Of a DNA stretch of 64,000 nucleotides, positions 22,149-31,646 are shown piece by piece. Under the pieces are notes generated by a model. That model made no database searches, was not told where the DNA came from, and was given only the letters and a program-made list of their open reading frames with translations. Source of the DNA: Thermoplasmata archaeon (GTDB lineage: Archaea > Thermoplasmatota > Thermoplasmata > Lutacidiplasmatales > UBA184); contig JBAWFC010000042.1 in assembly GCA_049591535.1 (NCBI GenBank), forward strand, positions 437-64,436, written 5' to 3'. The first letter of the stretch is position 1. Every line of letters starts with the position of its first letter. The translations under genes and the position numbers were made by a program.

Positions 22149-22919
22149 ATGGCGAGGTCCCCACCGAATCCGGACTGGACCGGGTGGCTGCGAAGTTGGG
22201 ACGAACAGCAGGAGTCGTTCAACATCGACCGGGAGCGGAGGTTCTCCGCCATGCTGGACGTCCTGGAAGCGACGCTGGGCCGCCGGTTCACCGCCCTGGA
22301 CCTCGGCTCGGGGCCCGGGTCGCTGAGCGCCCGTATCCTTCGCCGCTTCCCGTCCGCGCGGGTGGTCGCCGTCGACTACGACCCCGTGGTCCGTCGGATC
22401 GGGGAGGGCGCGCTGGGCACCGTGGGAGGACGGTTGACCTGGGTCGACGCGAAGCTCGGGAGTCCCGGCTGGTCCGAACGGCTCCCCGGACGGCGGTACG
22501 ACGCCGCGGTGAGCACCACCGCGCTCCATTGGTTGACCGCGGCCGCGCTGACCCGGCTCTACCGGGATCTCGGCCGTCTGGTCCGTCCCGGCGGGACGTT
22601 TCTCGACGGAGACCAACTGGGATGGGGAAAAAGTGAGCGAGAGCTCGCGCGGCTCGCGGAGCGGGTACGGGCCTCCCGCTCTTCTCACGCCCGGAGCGCG
22701 GCCCGGTGGGGCGGGTGGCGAAGGTGGTGGCGAGACGCGCGCCGGGTTCCGGCCCTCCGCGCGGCGTTTGCCGAGCACGATCGACGGGGGGCGAGTCATC
22801 CGGACCGGACGGACCTTTCGCTGGATCAGCATGTACGACGGCTTCGGGCGGCGGGTTTCCGCACCGTGGCCACGGTGTGGCAGGACCAGGAGAACCGCGT
22901 GCTGTTCGCTCGCCGCTGA
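22149..22919 (+). CDS. Class I SAM-dependent methyltransferase
   Basis: The protein-like part starts at MARSPPNPDW (ATG 22149) inside track ORF 21306..22919. Motif I is ALDLGSGPGSL, followed by VVAVDYDP and STTALHWL. Confidence 0.7.
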   Translation: MARSPPNPDWTGWLRSWDEQQESFNIDRERRFSAMLDVLEATLGRRFTALDLGSGPGSLSARILRRFPSARVVAVDYDPVVRRIGEGALGTVGGRLTWVDAKLGSPGWSERLPGRRYDAAVSTTALHWLTAAALTRLYRDLGRLVRPGGTFLDGDQLGWGKSERELARLAERVRASRSSHARSAARWGGWRRWWRDARRVPALRAAFAEHDRRGASHPDRTDLSLDQHVRRLRAAGFRTVATVWQDQENRVLFARR

Positions 22920-22945
22920 GCGGATCCCGAGTCGCCGCGAACGGT

Positions 22946-23767
22946 CTACCCGGCGGCCGGGCCGACGGAGCCGGGACGGGTTGCGAGATCGCGCAGGACC
23001 GGCCGGAACGGGCGCCATCGTGCCGCCGCTCGGAGGTCGATGTCGACCCGGAGGAGCTGTTCCTCCGGAGCGAGGTCGGGCGCCGCGATGGGCGTACCGT
23101 CGATCGGTTCGCCTCGCGCATCCCACGCGCCCGAACCACCGCCGAAGACGACCCCGTCCTCGACGCCGACCCGATTGACGAACGCCACCGGAAATCCGTT
23201 CTCGATGGCCCGGGCGGGGAGGAGGCGGGCGAACAGTCGCGCGCTCGTGACGGGAGACGCCGAGACCACGACGAGGAGCTCGGCGCCGCCCAGGGCGAGC
23301 GCCCGGGAGACTTCGGGAAAGAACACGTCATAGCAGATCTCGAGGCCCACCGAGCGGGCCGCGACCGGCACGGGTCGACTTTCGTCGGTCGGGGTGAAAT
23401 GGGCACCCTCTTCGAACGGGCCGAAGGTGGGTAAGTACCGCTTCACCTGCCTGTGGATCTCCCCGTCCGGTCGGACGGCGATCACGGCATTGTGGACCTC
23501 GCCGTGGCGCTCGGTCGAGACGATCGGCGTGCCGACGACGATCGTGGCCCGGGACTCTCGAGCTGCCGCGCGGAGCGCGGCCGTCGGGGCGTCCCCTTCC
23601 CTCAGGGCGAGGCCGTGGACCCGGTCCCCGATACGGTAGCCCGAGAGGAAGAGCTCCGGAAAGATCGCGAGGTCGCACGGCACAGCGCCCACCGCCCCCC
23701 GAAGCCGGTCGAGATTCCCGGCGAGGTCGCCCGGGCGGGGCGCCAGCTGCGCCAGCAGCAGCCGCAT
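22946..23767 (-). CDS. Carbon-nitrogen hydrolase (nitrilase superfamily)
   Basis: It reads MRLLLAQLAPRPGD...LAIFPELFLSGY (catalytic Glu)...RQVKRYLP (Lys)...GLEICYDVFFPE (Cys). The start is ATG 23767 inside track ORF 22946..24460. Confidence 0.8.
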   Translation of the reverse strand: MRLLLAQLAPRPGDLAGNLDRLRGAVGAVPCDLAIFPELFLSGYRIGDRVHGLALREGDAPTAALRAAARESRATIVVGTPIVSTERHGEVHNAVIAVRPDGEIHRQVKRYLPTFGPFEEGAHFTPTDESRPVPVAARSVGLEICYDVFFPEVSRALALGGAELLVVVSASPVTSARLFARLLPARAIENGFPVAFVNRVGVEDGVVFGGGSGAWDARGEPIDGTPIAAPDLAPEEQLLRVDIDLRAAARWRPFRPVLRDLATRPGSVGPAAG

Positions 23768-24273
23768 CAGTAGAAGTATCGGCGCACCGAGATAAGATAG
23801 ACGAAGAGAACGACGAAGACCAGGAACAACACCGTGATCGATCCGGTGAAGAACAGGTAGGCGGTCGTCGTGAAGATCAGGACGATCGTCGTCCAGAGCG
23901 CCCACGTTTCCTGGTTCCAGAGCGCGGTCGCGATCCCGAGCAATGCGGCGCCGAGGATGACGATGATCGCGGCGCCCCAGAGGTCGATCGAGGGGATCAG
24001 GTCGAGCGAGGTGGGAACGACGGGCCCGAGGTAGGACGAGAGCAGGAAGAGGAGACCGGCGAGCACGAGGACCACGGCGAAGATCGCGATCAGGACCGAA
24101 AGAACGGCGACCCCGATCGGACGGCGCGGGATCATCGACGTGGGCTCCCATCGGGGGGGGAGCCGGTCGAACGTTATCGGCCCGTTCGCCGACGCGGAGG
24201 AGTTGGTCGAAACAGACGACGATCCGCCCATCCACGTGGAACCCGTGCTCCGAAGAGTTCGAGCAGGTAACAA
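23767..24273 (-). CDS. Hypothetical membrane protein (about 4 TM helices)
   Basis: It has hydrophobic helices (IGVAVLSVLIAIFAVVLVLAGLLFLL and ITVLFLVFVVLFVYLI). Its stop overlaps the nitrilase ATG (TGATG). The true start may be an internal Met. Confidence 0.5.
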   Translation of the reverse strand: MLPARTLRSTGSTWMGGSSSVSTNSSASANGPITFDRLPPRWEPTSMIPRRPIGVAVLSVLIAIFAVVLVLAGLLFLLSSYLGPVVPTSLDLIPSIDLWGAAIIVILGAALLGIATALWNQETWALWTTIVLIFTTTAYLFFTGSITVLFLVFVVLFVYLISVRRYFY

Positions 24274-24686
24274 GTAGCTTTCGCTGGAGGGGTTCCTCTG
24301 GACGCGGTCCGAAGACCCAGCTCGCCCGGGAGCGGGCCGGGAACCTTTTCGGACCCGGTCTGCTCGGCGGCCCGCCGCGCGCGCGAACGTCGCAGGTCTC
24401 CGGGTCCGACGCGATCCCTACACTCCTGCGTTCCGCGAACGCATCACCGCGCGGGGCCACCGCTTCGAGTCCCGGCCAACAATCCGCGGGGACTCGCGCC
24501 GGTTATACGCCGTTTTTGCGGCCGCCTGACGTGCGAAGGACCGGCGATTGGCACCCTCCCCCAATGGAATTTTTTCGAGGGAAAACGCAGAGTTTTCGCC
24601 GTGGGCCATCGGATTCCGCAATACCGACGCGGCTCGCGACGAATATCTCAGCGACGATTATGTAGCGGGTGGTAATCAGCGGCACC

Positions 24687-27600
24687 ATGGCGCGTGTCCG
24701 GGTGCTCGCCTTGGTCGCCGTATTGATCGTCGTGGTGATGGTGGGTTCGTCTCTTGCAGCGTTGACGGCAGGATTGGGTGCGCCCGCGGGCGCGGCCGCT
24801 TCGCCGTTTTCGGTCAGCAGTTCCGCTCAATCCCAAGCGGTCGGTGCCACCTCCGGGAGCGTCGCAAATTCGGCGCAATCCGCGTCCACGACCCACTTCG
24901 CGACCGACGTAGCCCGAGCCGATCTGGTCAACCGGGCCCGTCAGGCCTTCATCGACAACAACGTCAGCTTGAACGACTTCTTCCCTCCCAATCTCAATGC
25001 CGCGCCGGGTCCAACGGGCGCTACCGACGGTCACATTGTTCCGCTCTACGACTACGCTGCAGCCCCCCTCGGCGTCTCGACGTTCGGGCTCGAGAACACC
25101 ACGGGGACGACCACGCCCTACATCCTGAACACCACGAGCCTACTGGGAACGTTCTCCACGAGCGACCCCGAGGGGCTGCAGGTGCTCTCGCCTTACTACG
25201 GAACGCTCCAGTCGTACGGAGACCAGCTCAACACCGTGCTCAACAACACCACGATCCTGGGCACCGGTGGGTACGACTTCTGGCTGCAGAATGTCATCAC
25301 CTACACATCGTCCACCAACACGCTCCGATTCGAGAACAACATCTGGAACTTCTCGAGCCCGAGCGGAATCTTCCCGTCGAACTCAATCCTTCACGGGTTG
25401 GGCCGGGTCGAATCGGAGGAGGTCTACGAGGAGAGCGGTCCGAGCATCACGATCGCCTATCCGTTCACCTTGGACCTCTACCTCAACACGACCGTGGGCA
25501 GCTACGACGGCTCCCCGTTCGTCAACGAGGCGTACTTCAACTACACCGTGATCAACGCAGCGGGTCAGGTCGTTTGTCCCACGACCGAACCGACCGGCGA
25601 GAGTTGCAGTAACGGCGCCGGTGGCCACGGCGGAATGTACGACAACGTCTACTTCAACTCCGCCACCAACGTTCCGTTCGGCTCCGCCGAGATCTCGGCC
25701 AACGGCGAGCAGTACACTCCGCTCGGCCTTCCCTCCGACATGGAGATGGACGTGGGCATCGGGCAGAGCGACGGCGCGAACGCGAACGTCGTCTACTCGA
25801 ACGCCACGGTCGGACTCTACACGCTGAACGCCACCACAGACACCTACCAGGCACCGCCGTCGGCCTACGACTTCGGCAGCGAGACCGGCGAGACCGGGGC
25901 CGGTGCCTCGGTATCTTGGGCCACCGTGAACGGGCAGCCTGTCGCCTACGAGCGGACCGGGCCGTCGCTCCTCACAGGGCTCTGGAACGTTACCGGGGGA
26001 ACGGACGGAGCGCCGTCGATCGGGACCGCCGCGGAGGGCGCCTTTGCCCTCAACTACGCGGGGGTCTCTCCGGGGAATGCCTTCCTCGCGATCGCGCAGG
26101 GCTCCGGCACCACGAACCAGGCGATGTTCCAGGTCGCACCGACGTTCGGATGGTTTACGGGCAAGGGCCAGTTGGGTCAGAACCTCTGGCTTCCGACCGG
26201 CAACTATACCGTGGAAGTGATGCTGAGCGGTTACAACCAACTGAACGAGAGCGTGTCCCTGACCGCCAACACGGCCCTCTCTGCCACATTGGTTCGAAGC
26301 GCGACCCCGACGGTGTATACACCGCTGTGGGCCTACTCTAACTCGGACCTCGCGAATCTCTCGACATCGGGCGCCGGCACATCGGGAAGTCCCTACGTGC
26401 TGCCCGGATTGCAGCCGGGTTCGTTGGCCCCCGTCTTCGCGATTCTGAACGACTATCTGTTCATCGTCTACTCGGGGATCTGGATCAACGCGACCACGGC
26501 GAATTTCCAGTTCAACCCCGCCCCGTCGCTCGAGATCACGGAGCCGACCTGGTGGTACTTCCAGACGGAGGGGCTCGCGGCCGCGTACGGCTCGACGTTG
26601 CTCTACAACCAGCTGCCGATGTACTTCTACCACACGTCGAATTTCGTTGTGGAGAACAGTGCCGGCATCGGACTATGGTCGTCGGATATCGAGGTCGGAC
26701 ACAACTACGCGGTGTACTGCAACCTCTGTTCGGATTCCCTCTGGGCCTCGAACACGTTCAACGTGTCGAGCGAGGGCATCGAGTTCCTGGGCTCGGGCAC
26801 TAGCCAGAACAACTACGTCTGGGGGAACACGTTCACGCCGTTCTCCGACCCGGCTGAGGGCGGCATGTCCGCCCCCTCGACCGGACTCGTGTTGTCCGAA
26901 GGCGGCGACCACATCTACAACAACGCGTTCTACACCAACCGGACCCTGACGTCGACGTCCACCACCCTCGTGAACGTCTTCGAGGCGGCCGGCGGCTACC
27001 AGCCGGCGTCGAACTCGGTCACCGTGAACGGTGTCGCCCTGACGGGCAGCATCCTCGGCGGACCGGTCCAGGGCGGGAACTACTACCGCGACTACGGTGC
27101 GCTGGCCAACCCGTACGGAGTGATTCCGTACGTCGGCCGACAGTCGAGTCCCACGGGCAGTGCGGGGATCGGCAGCGGCGGGGACTTCGCGCCGCTGACG
27201 CTTCTTCCCGGGAGCTGCAACCCGTGCCTCGAGACCGCCGGGTTGTACAAGGTGACGCTGACCGAGACCGGTGTCACGGCGAGCAAGACGTGGACGGCGA
27301 AAGTGATCGGCGTCCCGGTCTACGAACCGCTCCTATCGACGCTGTACACCTCGCCCGTCACCAACACGTCCACGACGACGCCGACGACGAGCCTTTCGTT
27401 CTGGCTACCGAACGGCACGTACGCGTTCACGGTCTCCACGACCGCGACGGGCATCGGGCCGGCGGGCAACGTCTGGTCGTTCTCGGTCAACGGGGCGGCG
27501 GTCAACCCCCCCACGATCGTGTTCGAGCCCACCTACGCCGTCACGTTCTCGGAGCACGGATTGCCGTTCGGTATCAACTGGCAGGTGACGGTCAACGGCG

Positions 27601-29324
27601 TGACGGGAACCGTGGCCGGGAACGGCGCCAACCAGAGCCTTTCGTTCTCGGAGGTCAGCGGTAGCTACGAGTACACGATCGCTCCGATCGCGGGATGGAC
27701 CCAGTCGACGCTACCCCCCAGCGGTTTCCTCACGGTCAGCGGGGCTCCGGTCGCAGAACCGAGAGTCCTCTACACCGAGGTGACCTATTCCGTGACGTTC
27801 TCCGAGAATGGGCTACCCGCCGGGCAGACGTGGGGCGTCACCCTCAACGGAGTGACCGGCTCCCTCACGACGGTCGCGGGGACTAACTCGATCGAGTTCA
27901 CTGGGGTGCCGGACGGGACCTACTCGTACTCGATCGCAGCGGTCTCCGGCTGGCACGAGAGCGCCGTGGCCGCGACAGGGATCGTGGTCGTGAACGGCGC
28001 GGCGGTGTCCGTCAGCATGACGTATACCGAAGTGACGTACTCGGCGACGTTCTCGGAGGAAGGCCTCCCCTCGGGACTGCCGTGGCAGGTCACGCTCAAC
28101 TCCGTCGAGAAGACGTTGACAACGGACGGAGGGACCGACAGCCTGACCTTCACCGGACTGCCCAACGGCACCTACTCCTACACGGTCGCCGACAACCCGG
28201 GCTACCACCAGAGCACGCTCCCGTACACCGGTAGCGTCTCGGTCGATGGGGCCGCGGTGTCGGAGCCGGCGCTCGTGTACGGGGTCACGACCTACTCGGT
28301 GACGTTCTCCGAGAGCGGGTTGCCGGTCGGCCTCACCTGGCAGGTGACCGTGAACGGAGTGCCGATGTCCACGGTGACCGACGGAGGGACCGACTCTCTG
28401 ACCTTCACGGGTCTCGCCAACGGTACCTACGCTTACTCGATCGCCGACAACGGTGGCTGGCACCAGACGACCCTCGCGTACGCAGGGACCGTCGGGGTCA
28501 GCGGCGCTCCGGTCGCAGAGCCGACGCTGGTCTACACGGCGGTGACCTACAAGGTGGCGTTCGTAGAGAGCGGCCTACCGACCGGGACCTCCTGGTCGGT
28601 CACGCTCGGTGCGCAGACGGTCTCGTCGACGACGACCAAGGTCGTCTTCCACCTCGTGAACGGGTCGTACACCTACTCGATCGGCCTCGTGGCCGGCTAC
28701 GAGCCCAAGACCGCGTCGGGGACCTTCGTCGTCGCCGCCACCCCGGTGAAGGTCTCGGTACCGTTCAAGGTCACGACCTACGTGATCTCGTTCAAGGAGT
28801 CGGGCCTTCCGTCCGGCACCTCCTGGAGCGTGACGCTCACGCCGAGTTCGGGTCCGCCGACCACGGTGACTTCGACCGTCGTGATGCTCCGGTTCCACGA
28901 GCCGAACGGGACCTACAACTACAGCGTGACGCCGATCTCGGGGTACCACATCAGCTCGGGGGCATACTCGGGCTCGGTGACGGTGAACGGGGCGGCGCCG
29001 GCGACGATCGTCGACCATTGGACGCTCGTGAAGTACGCCGTGTCATTCACGGAGACCGGGCTGCCCCACGGAACGAGCTGGCAGGTCGTGATCAACGGCC
29101 ATACCTACTCGACCACCGGCACGACCATCACGGTCAACCTGCCGAATGGGACCTACGCGTTCACGGTCTCGGCCGTCGGGTATACCGGGACCCCGAATCC
29201 GTCCAGCCCGTTGATCGTGAGCGGGGCGGCGGTTCCCGTGACGGTGAGCTTCGCGCCGGGGTCCGAACCGCGGCTCGTCGGGGCAACGATGCAGCTGCAG
29301 GCGGGAGTGAGCCGGGCCATCTAA
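24687..29324 (+). CDS. Large surface protein: signal anchor, thermopsin (peptidase A5)-like domain, parallel beta-helix region and 8-9 tandem ~85-aa repeats
   Basis: The region APLGVSTFGL...YGDQLNTVLNNT...YDFWLQNVITYTSSTNTLRFENNIWNFS aligns with S. acidocaldarius thermopsin (AGIASFGL...LQFNIVL...YWLQDV...LTFIDNVWNL). The middle region has PbH1-like NNYVWGNTF and IYNNAFY. The C terminus carries the repeats. It contains dozens of N-x-S/T sequons. Confidence 0.8.
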   Translation: MARVRVLALVAVLIVVVMVGSSLAALTAGLGAPAGAAASPFSVSSSAQSQAVGATSGSVANSAQSASTTHFATDVARADLVNRARQAFIDNNVSLNDFFPPNLNAAPGPTGATDGHIVPLYDYAAAPLGVSTFGLENTTGTTTPYILNTTSLLGTFSTSDPEGLQVLSPYYGTLQSYGDQLNTVLNNTTILGTGGYDFWLQNVITYTSSTNTLRFENNIWNFSSPSGIFPSNSILHGLGRVESEEVYEESGPSITIAYPFTLDLYLNTTVGSYDGSPFVNEAYFNYTVINAAGQVVCPTTEPTGESCSNGAGGHGGMYDNVYFNSATNVPFGSAEISANGEQYTPLGLPSDMEMDVGIGQSDGANANVVYSNATVGLYTLNATTDTYQAPPSAYDFGSETGETGAGASVSWATVNGQPVAYERTGPSLLTGLWNVTGGTDGAPSIGTAAEGAFALNYAGVSPGNAFLAIAQGSGTTNQAMFQVAPTFGWFTGKGQLGQNLWLPTGNYTVEVMLSGYNQLNESVSLTANTALSATLVRSATPTVYTPLWAYSNSDLANLSTSGAGTSGSPYVLPGLQPGSLAPVFAILNDYLFIVYSGIWINATTANFQFNPAPSLEITEPTWWYFQTEGLAAAYGSTLLYNQLPMYFYHTSNFVVENSAGIGLWSSDIEVGHNYAVYCNLCSDSLWASNTFNVSSEGIEFLGSGTSQNNYVWGNTFTPFSDPAEGGMSAPSTGLVLSEGGDHIYNNAFYTNRTLTSTSTTLVNVFEAAGGYQPASNSVTVNGVALTGSILGGPVQGGNYYRDYGALANPYGVIPYVGRQSSPTGSAGIGSGGDFAPLTLLPGSCNPCLETAGLYKVTLTETGVTASKTWTAKVIGVPVYEPLLSTLYTSPVTNTSTTTPTTSLSFWLPNGTYAFTVSTTATGIGPAGNVWSFSVNGAAVNPPTIVFEPTYAVTFSEHGLPFGINWQVTVNGVTGTVAGNGANQSLSFSEVSGSYEYTIAPIAGWTQSTLPPSGFLTVSGAPVAEPRVLYTEVTYSVTFSENGLPAGQTWGVTLNGVTGSLTTVAGTNSIEFTGVPDGTYSYSIAAVSGWHESAVAATGIVVVNGAAVSVSMTYTEVTYSATFSEEGLPSGLPWQVTLNSVEKTLTTDGGTDSLTFTGLPNGTYSYTVADNPGYHQSTLPYTGSVSVDGAAVSEPALVYGVTTYSVTFSESGLPVGLTWQVTVNGVPMSTVTDGGTDSLTFTGLANGTYAYSIADNGGWHQTTLAYAGTVGVSGAPVAEPTLVYTAVTYKVAFVESGLPTGTSWSVTLGAQTVSSTTTKVVFHLVNGSYTYSIGLVAGYEPKTASGTFVVAATPVKVSVPFKVTTYVISFKESGLPSGTSWSVTLTPSSGPPTTVTSTVVMLRFHEPNGTYNYSVTPISGYHISSGAYSGSVTVNGAAPATIVDHWTLVKYAVSFTETGLPHGTSWQVVINGHTYSTTGTTITVNLPNGTYAFTVSAVGYTGTPNPSSPLIVSGAAVPVTVSFAPGSEPRLVGATMQLQAGVSRAI
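27246..29270 (+). repeat. Tandem coding repeats, period about 231-288 nt (8 clear units plus 1 degenerate unit) inside the thermopsin-like gene
   Basis: Units start at 27246 (degenerate), 27534, 27786, 28038, 28293, 28548, 28779 and 29034. The consensus is Y-x-V-T/S-F-x-E-x-G-L-P-x-G-x-x-W-x-V-T-x-N-G...N-G-T-Y-x-Y-x-I/V...G-A-x-V. Confidence 0.85.
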
Positions 29325-29483
29325 CGCGATCCGGATCCCGACCCTCGGCGGGCCGAGCGGCCGCCGAAACCCCTTCCCAGCGATACGGGTCCTCGGGTCC
29401 GCCTCTCCGGTGTCGGGGTTCTGCTTTCTCTGCGGCCGAAACCCAGCTTCGCAGCCGCTCCACGCGGGAGGGATGCCCTCGCA

Positions 29484-30512
29484 CTAGAACCGGCGTTCCG
29501 CGGCGCCCCGCGCCAGGAGATCGAGCAGGTGGTGGTACGGCCCCGGGGGAATCGGGTCGAGGGCGCGGACCGCCCGTTCGGCCCACTGCGTCGCCTGGAG
29601 CGCCACGACGCTCGCCGCGCCGGTCATGTCCGTGAGTTCCCGTAGGCGCAGCAGATGCTTCGTCTTCTTGCGGCGCAGTTGGAACAGCCCCTCGAACTCC
29701 GCCTGGCGCTTCGGGTCCAGCCGGTCGAACGCCTCGAGCGAGACGAGCGTCGGGTTTCCCTCCCGGAGGTCGGTATACAGTGGCTTCCCGAGGAGGTCGG
29801 AGTCCCCGTAGACGTCCAGGAGGTCGTCCCGGATCTGGAAGGCGACGCCGAGGGATCGGCCGTAGGTCGTCAGGGCGTCGGCGAGGGGCGGGGGCACCTC
29901 GGAGATCTCGGCGACCGAGGAGAGTGCCGCGGCGATGATCGCGGCGGTCTTCCGCTCGACGATGCGGAAGTAGTGTTCGCGTCCCGTGGAGAGGTCGAAG
30001 CGGGACGACTCCTGGAGGACCTCTCCCTCGACGAGGTCGGCGCACGCTTCGCCGCACTTGAGGATGATCGACCGGGGGTACTCGGCCGCGAGCTCGAAGG
30101 CGCGCACGAAGAGGTAGTCCCCCGAGACGATCGCGAGCGGGATCCCGAACGTCCGCGGCATCGACGGCCGTCCCCGCCGGGTCTCGGCGTGGTCGATGAC
30201 GTCGTCGTGGACGAGCGTGGCCGTGTGGATCAGCTGGAACGCAGCGGCGAGCGAGTGGATCGGTCGGGTCGACTCGGCCCCGAGGGCCCGGTGGGCGACC
30301 GCCATGAGGAGCGGGCGGACCCGCTTGCCGCCGGTGGAGCAGGCGTAACGGGCCGCCTCGGTGAGCTGCGCGTAGGTGGACCCCAGTACCTGGTGGAGGC
30401 GCCAGTCGATGTCGGAGAGGTCGCGGACGAGCACCGGCAGGAGCTCGGAGACCTGTCGCAGCGCGTCGGGCCCGAACGTCTCGGTGACGAGGGCCTCGAG
30501 CGACGGCTCCAT
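29484..30512 (-). CDS. Polyprenyl diphosphate synthase (trans-isoprenyl; probably medium or long chain)
   Basis: The FARM motif is LVHDDVIDHAETRRG and the SARM motif is FQIRDDLLD. The residue 5 positions before FARM is Ala (IHTATLVHDD). The start is ATG 30512 (MEPSLEAL) inside track ORF 29484..30716. Confidence 0.85.
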   Translation of the reverse strand: MEPSLEALVTETFGPDALRQVSELLPVLVRDLSDIDWRLHQVLGSTYAQLTEAARYACSTGGKRVRPLLMAVAHRALGAESTRPIHSLAAAFQLIHTATLVHDDVIDHAETRRGRPSMPRTFGIPLAIVSGDYLFVRAFELAAEYPRSIILKCGEACADLVEGEVLQESSRFDLSTGREHYFRIVERKTAAIIAAALSSVAEISEVPPPLADALTTYGRSLGVAFQIRDDLLDVYGDSDLLGKPLYTDLREGNPTLVSLEAFDRLDPKRQAEFEGLFQLRRKKTKHLLRLRELTDMTGAASVVALQATQWAERAVRALDPIPPGPYHHLLDLLARGAAERRF

Positions 30513-30541
30513 CCCCTCCGTCGAGGCCGGGGCGGGACTCG

Positions 30542-31642
30542 TCACGACCGCCCTCCGAGGCGGGAGGGCCACCGCAGCCGCATCATCGAATCCAGACCGG
30601 ACGCCCCGATATATCGCATCCCCAGCGCCAGGAGGGGGTCGATCGCCGCAAACCGGTCCCCGAACCGTTGGATCCGGGACGCTCGCTCGAGCGGGGCGTA
30701 GATCGCTCCCCGCCACGCGGGGTCGTACTCCCCGAGGGAGGTGCCGTCGCGTGCGTGGCGGGCCGCGACCCCTCCCGCGAGCCAGCCGCTCAGCATCGCG
30801 GTCGGGATCCCCCCACCGTTCGTCGCCATCACGAGGTTCGCCGCATCACCGGCGAACAGCGCGCGACCGCGGACCAGGCTTTCGGGGGGCGGACCGATCG
30901 GGACCCACCAGTGGGTTGGGTCCCGTGCCCGGCCAAGACCTTCGGCGGAGAGGAAATCGTCCAGGAGGCGGTCGAGCGAGCGCCCGGGAGGCGGCCGCGT
31001 GATCCCGAGGCCCACGTTCGCATCGTGGGCGCGGGGGAACTGCCACGCGTAGCCTCCCGGGGCGATATGCCCGAAATGGAGGTCGATCCCGTCGGTCACC
31101 GACCCGTCCACGGTCGCGGTGATCATCCGGAACAGCTCCCGGTGCGGGGCGAACCCGACGGACCGGCCGATCGTCGAGAGCGGGCCGTCCGCGGCGACGA
31201 CGCTCCGCGCCCGGACGCTCGTTCCCCCGGCGAGACGGACCTCGTCGTCGTGGAGGCCCGTGACACCGACCGGGTGGCGGAGCTCTGCGCCCGCGCCCTC
31301 GGCGCGGTACGCGAGGGCCTTGTCGAACGCGCGGCGGGAGACGGTGTATCCCGACAGCGGGAAGCGGAAGCGGTGGCCGTACGGCGAGACGCAGGTCATC
31401 CAGCGGGTCTCTCGAAGGACCGTACCGGAGGGAATCTCGAACGCCCGGCCGATCAGCTCCGGGCAGCCGAACAGGTCGGTCAGTTCCGCGGCCGACGGAA
31501 CGAACTCCCCGCACTGTACGGGGTGGCCGAGTTCCGGTCGATGGTCGAGGAGGAGCGTGGTCGCGCCCGCCTCGGCGGCCGCGCGCGCCGCGAGGGCGCC
31601 GGCCGGCCCGGCGCCGACGACCACGACATCGAACGCCTCCAT
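30542..31642 (-). CDS. Geranylgeranyl reductase-family flavoprotein (prenyl-chain reductase)
   Basis: It has the FAD-binding motif DVVVVGAGPAGA, and FAGDAANLVMATNGGGIPTAMLSG is typical of the GGR family. The length is 366 aa. Confidence 0.8.
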   Translation of the reverse strand: MEAFDVVVVGAGPAGALAARAAAEAGATTLLLDHRPELGHPVQCGEFVPSAAELTDLFGCPELIGRAFEIPSGTVLRETRWMTCVSPYGHRFRFPLSGYTVSRRAFDKALAYRAEGAGAELRHPVGVTGLHDDEVRLAGGTSVRARSVVAADGPLSTIGRSVGFAPHRELFRMITATVDGSVTDGIDLHFGHIAPGGYAWQFPRAHDANVGLGITRPPPGRSLDRLLDDFLSAEGLGRARDPTHWWVPIGPPPESLVRGRALFAGDAANLVMATNGGGIPTAMLSGWLAGGVAARHARDGTSLGEYDPAWRGAIYAPLERASRIQRFGDRFAAIDPLLALGMRYIGASGLDSMMRLRWPSRLGGRS

Positions 31643-31646
31643 CCGC

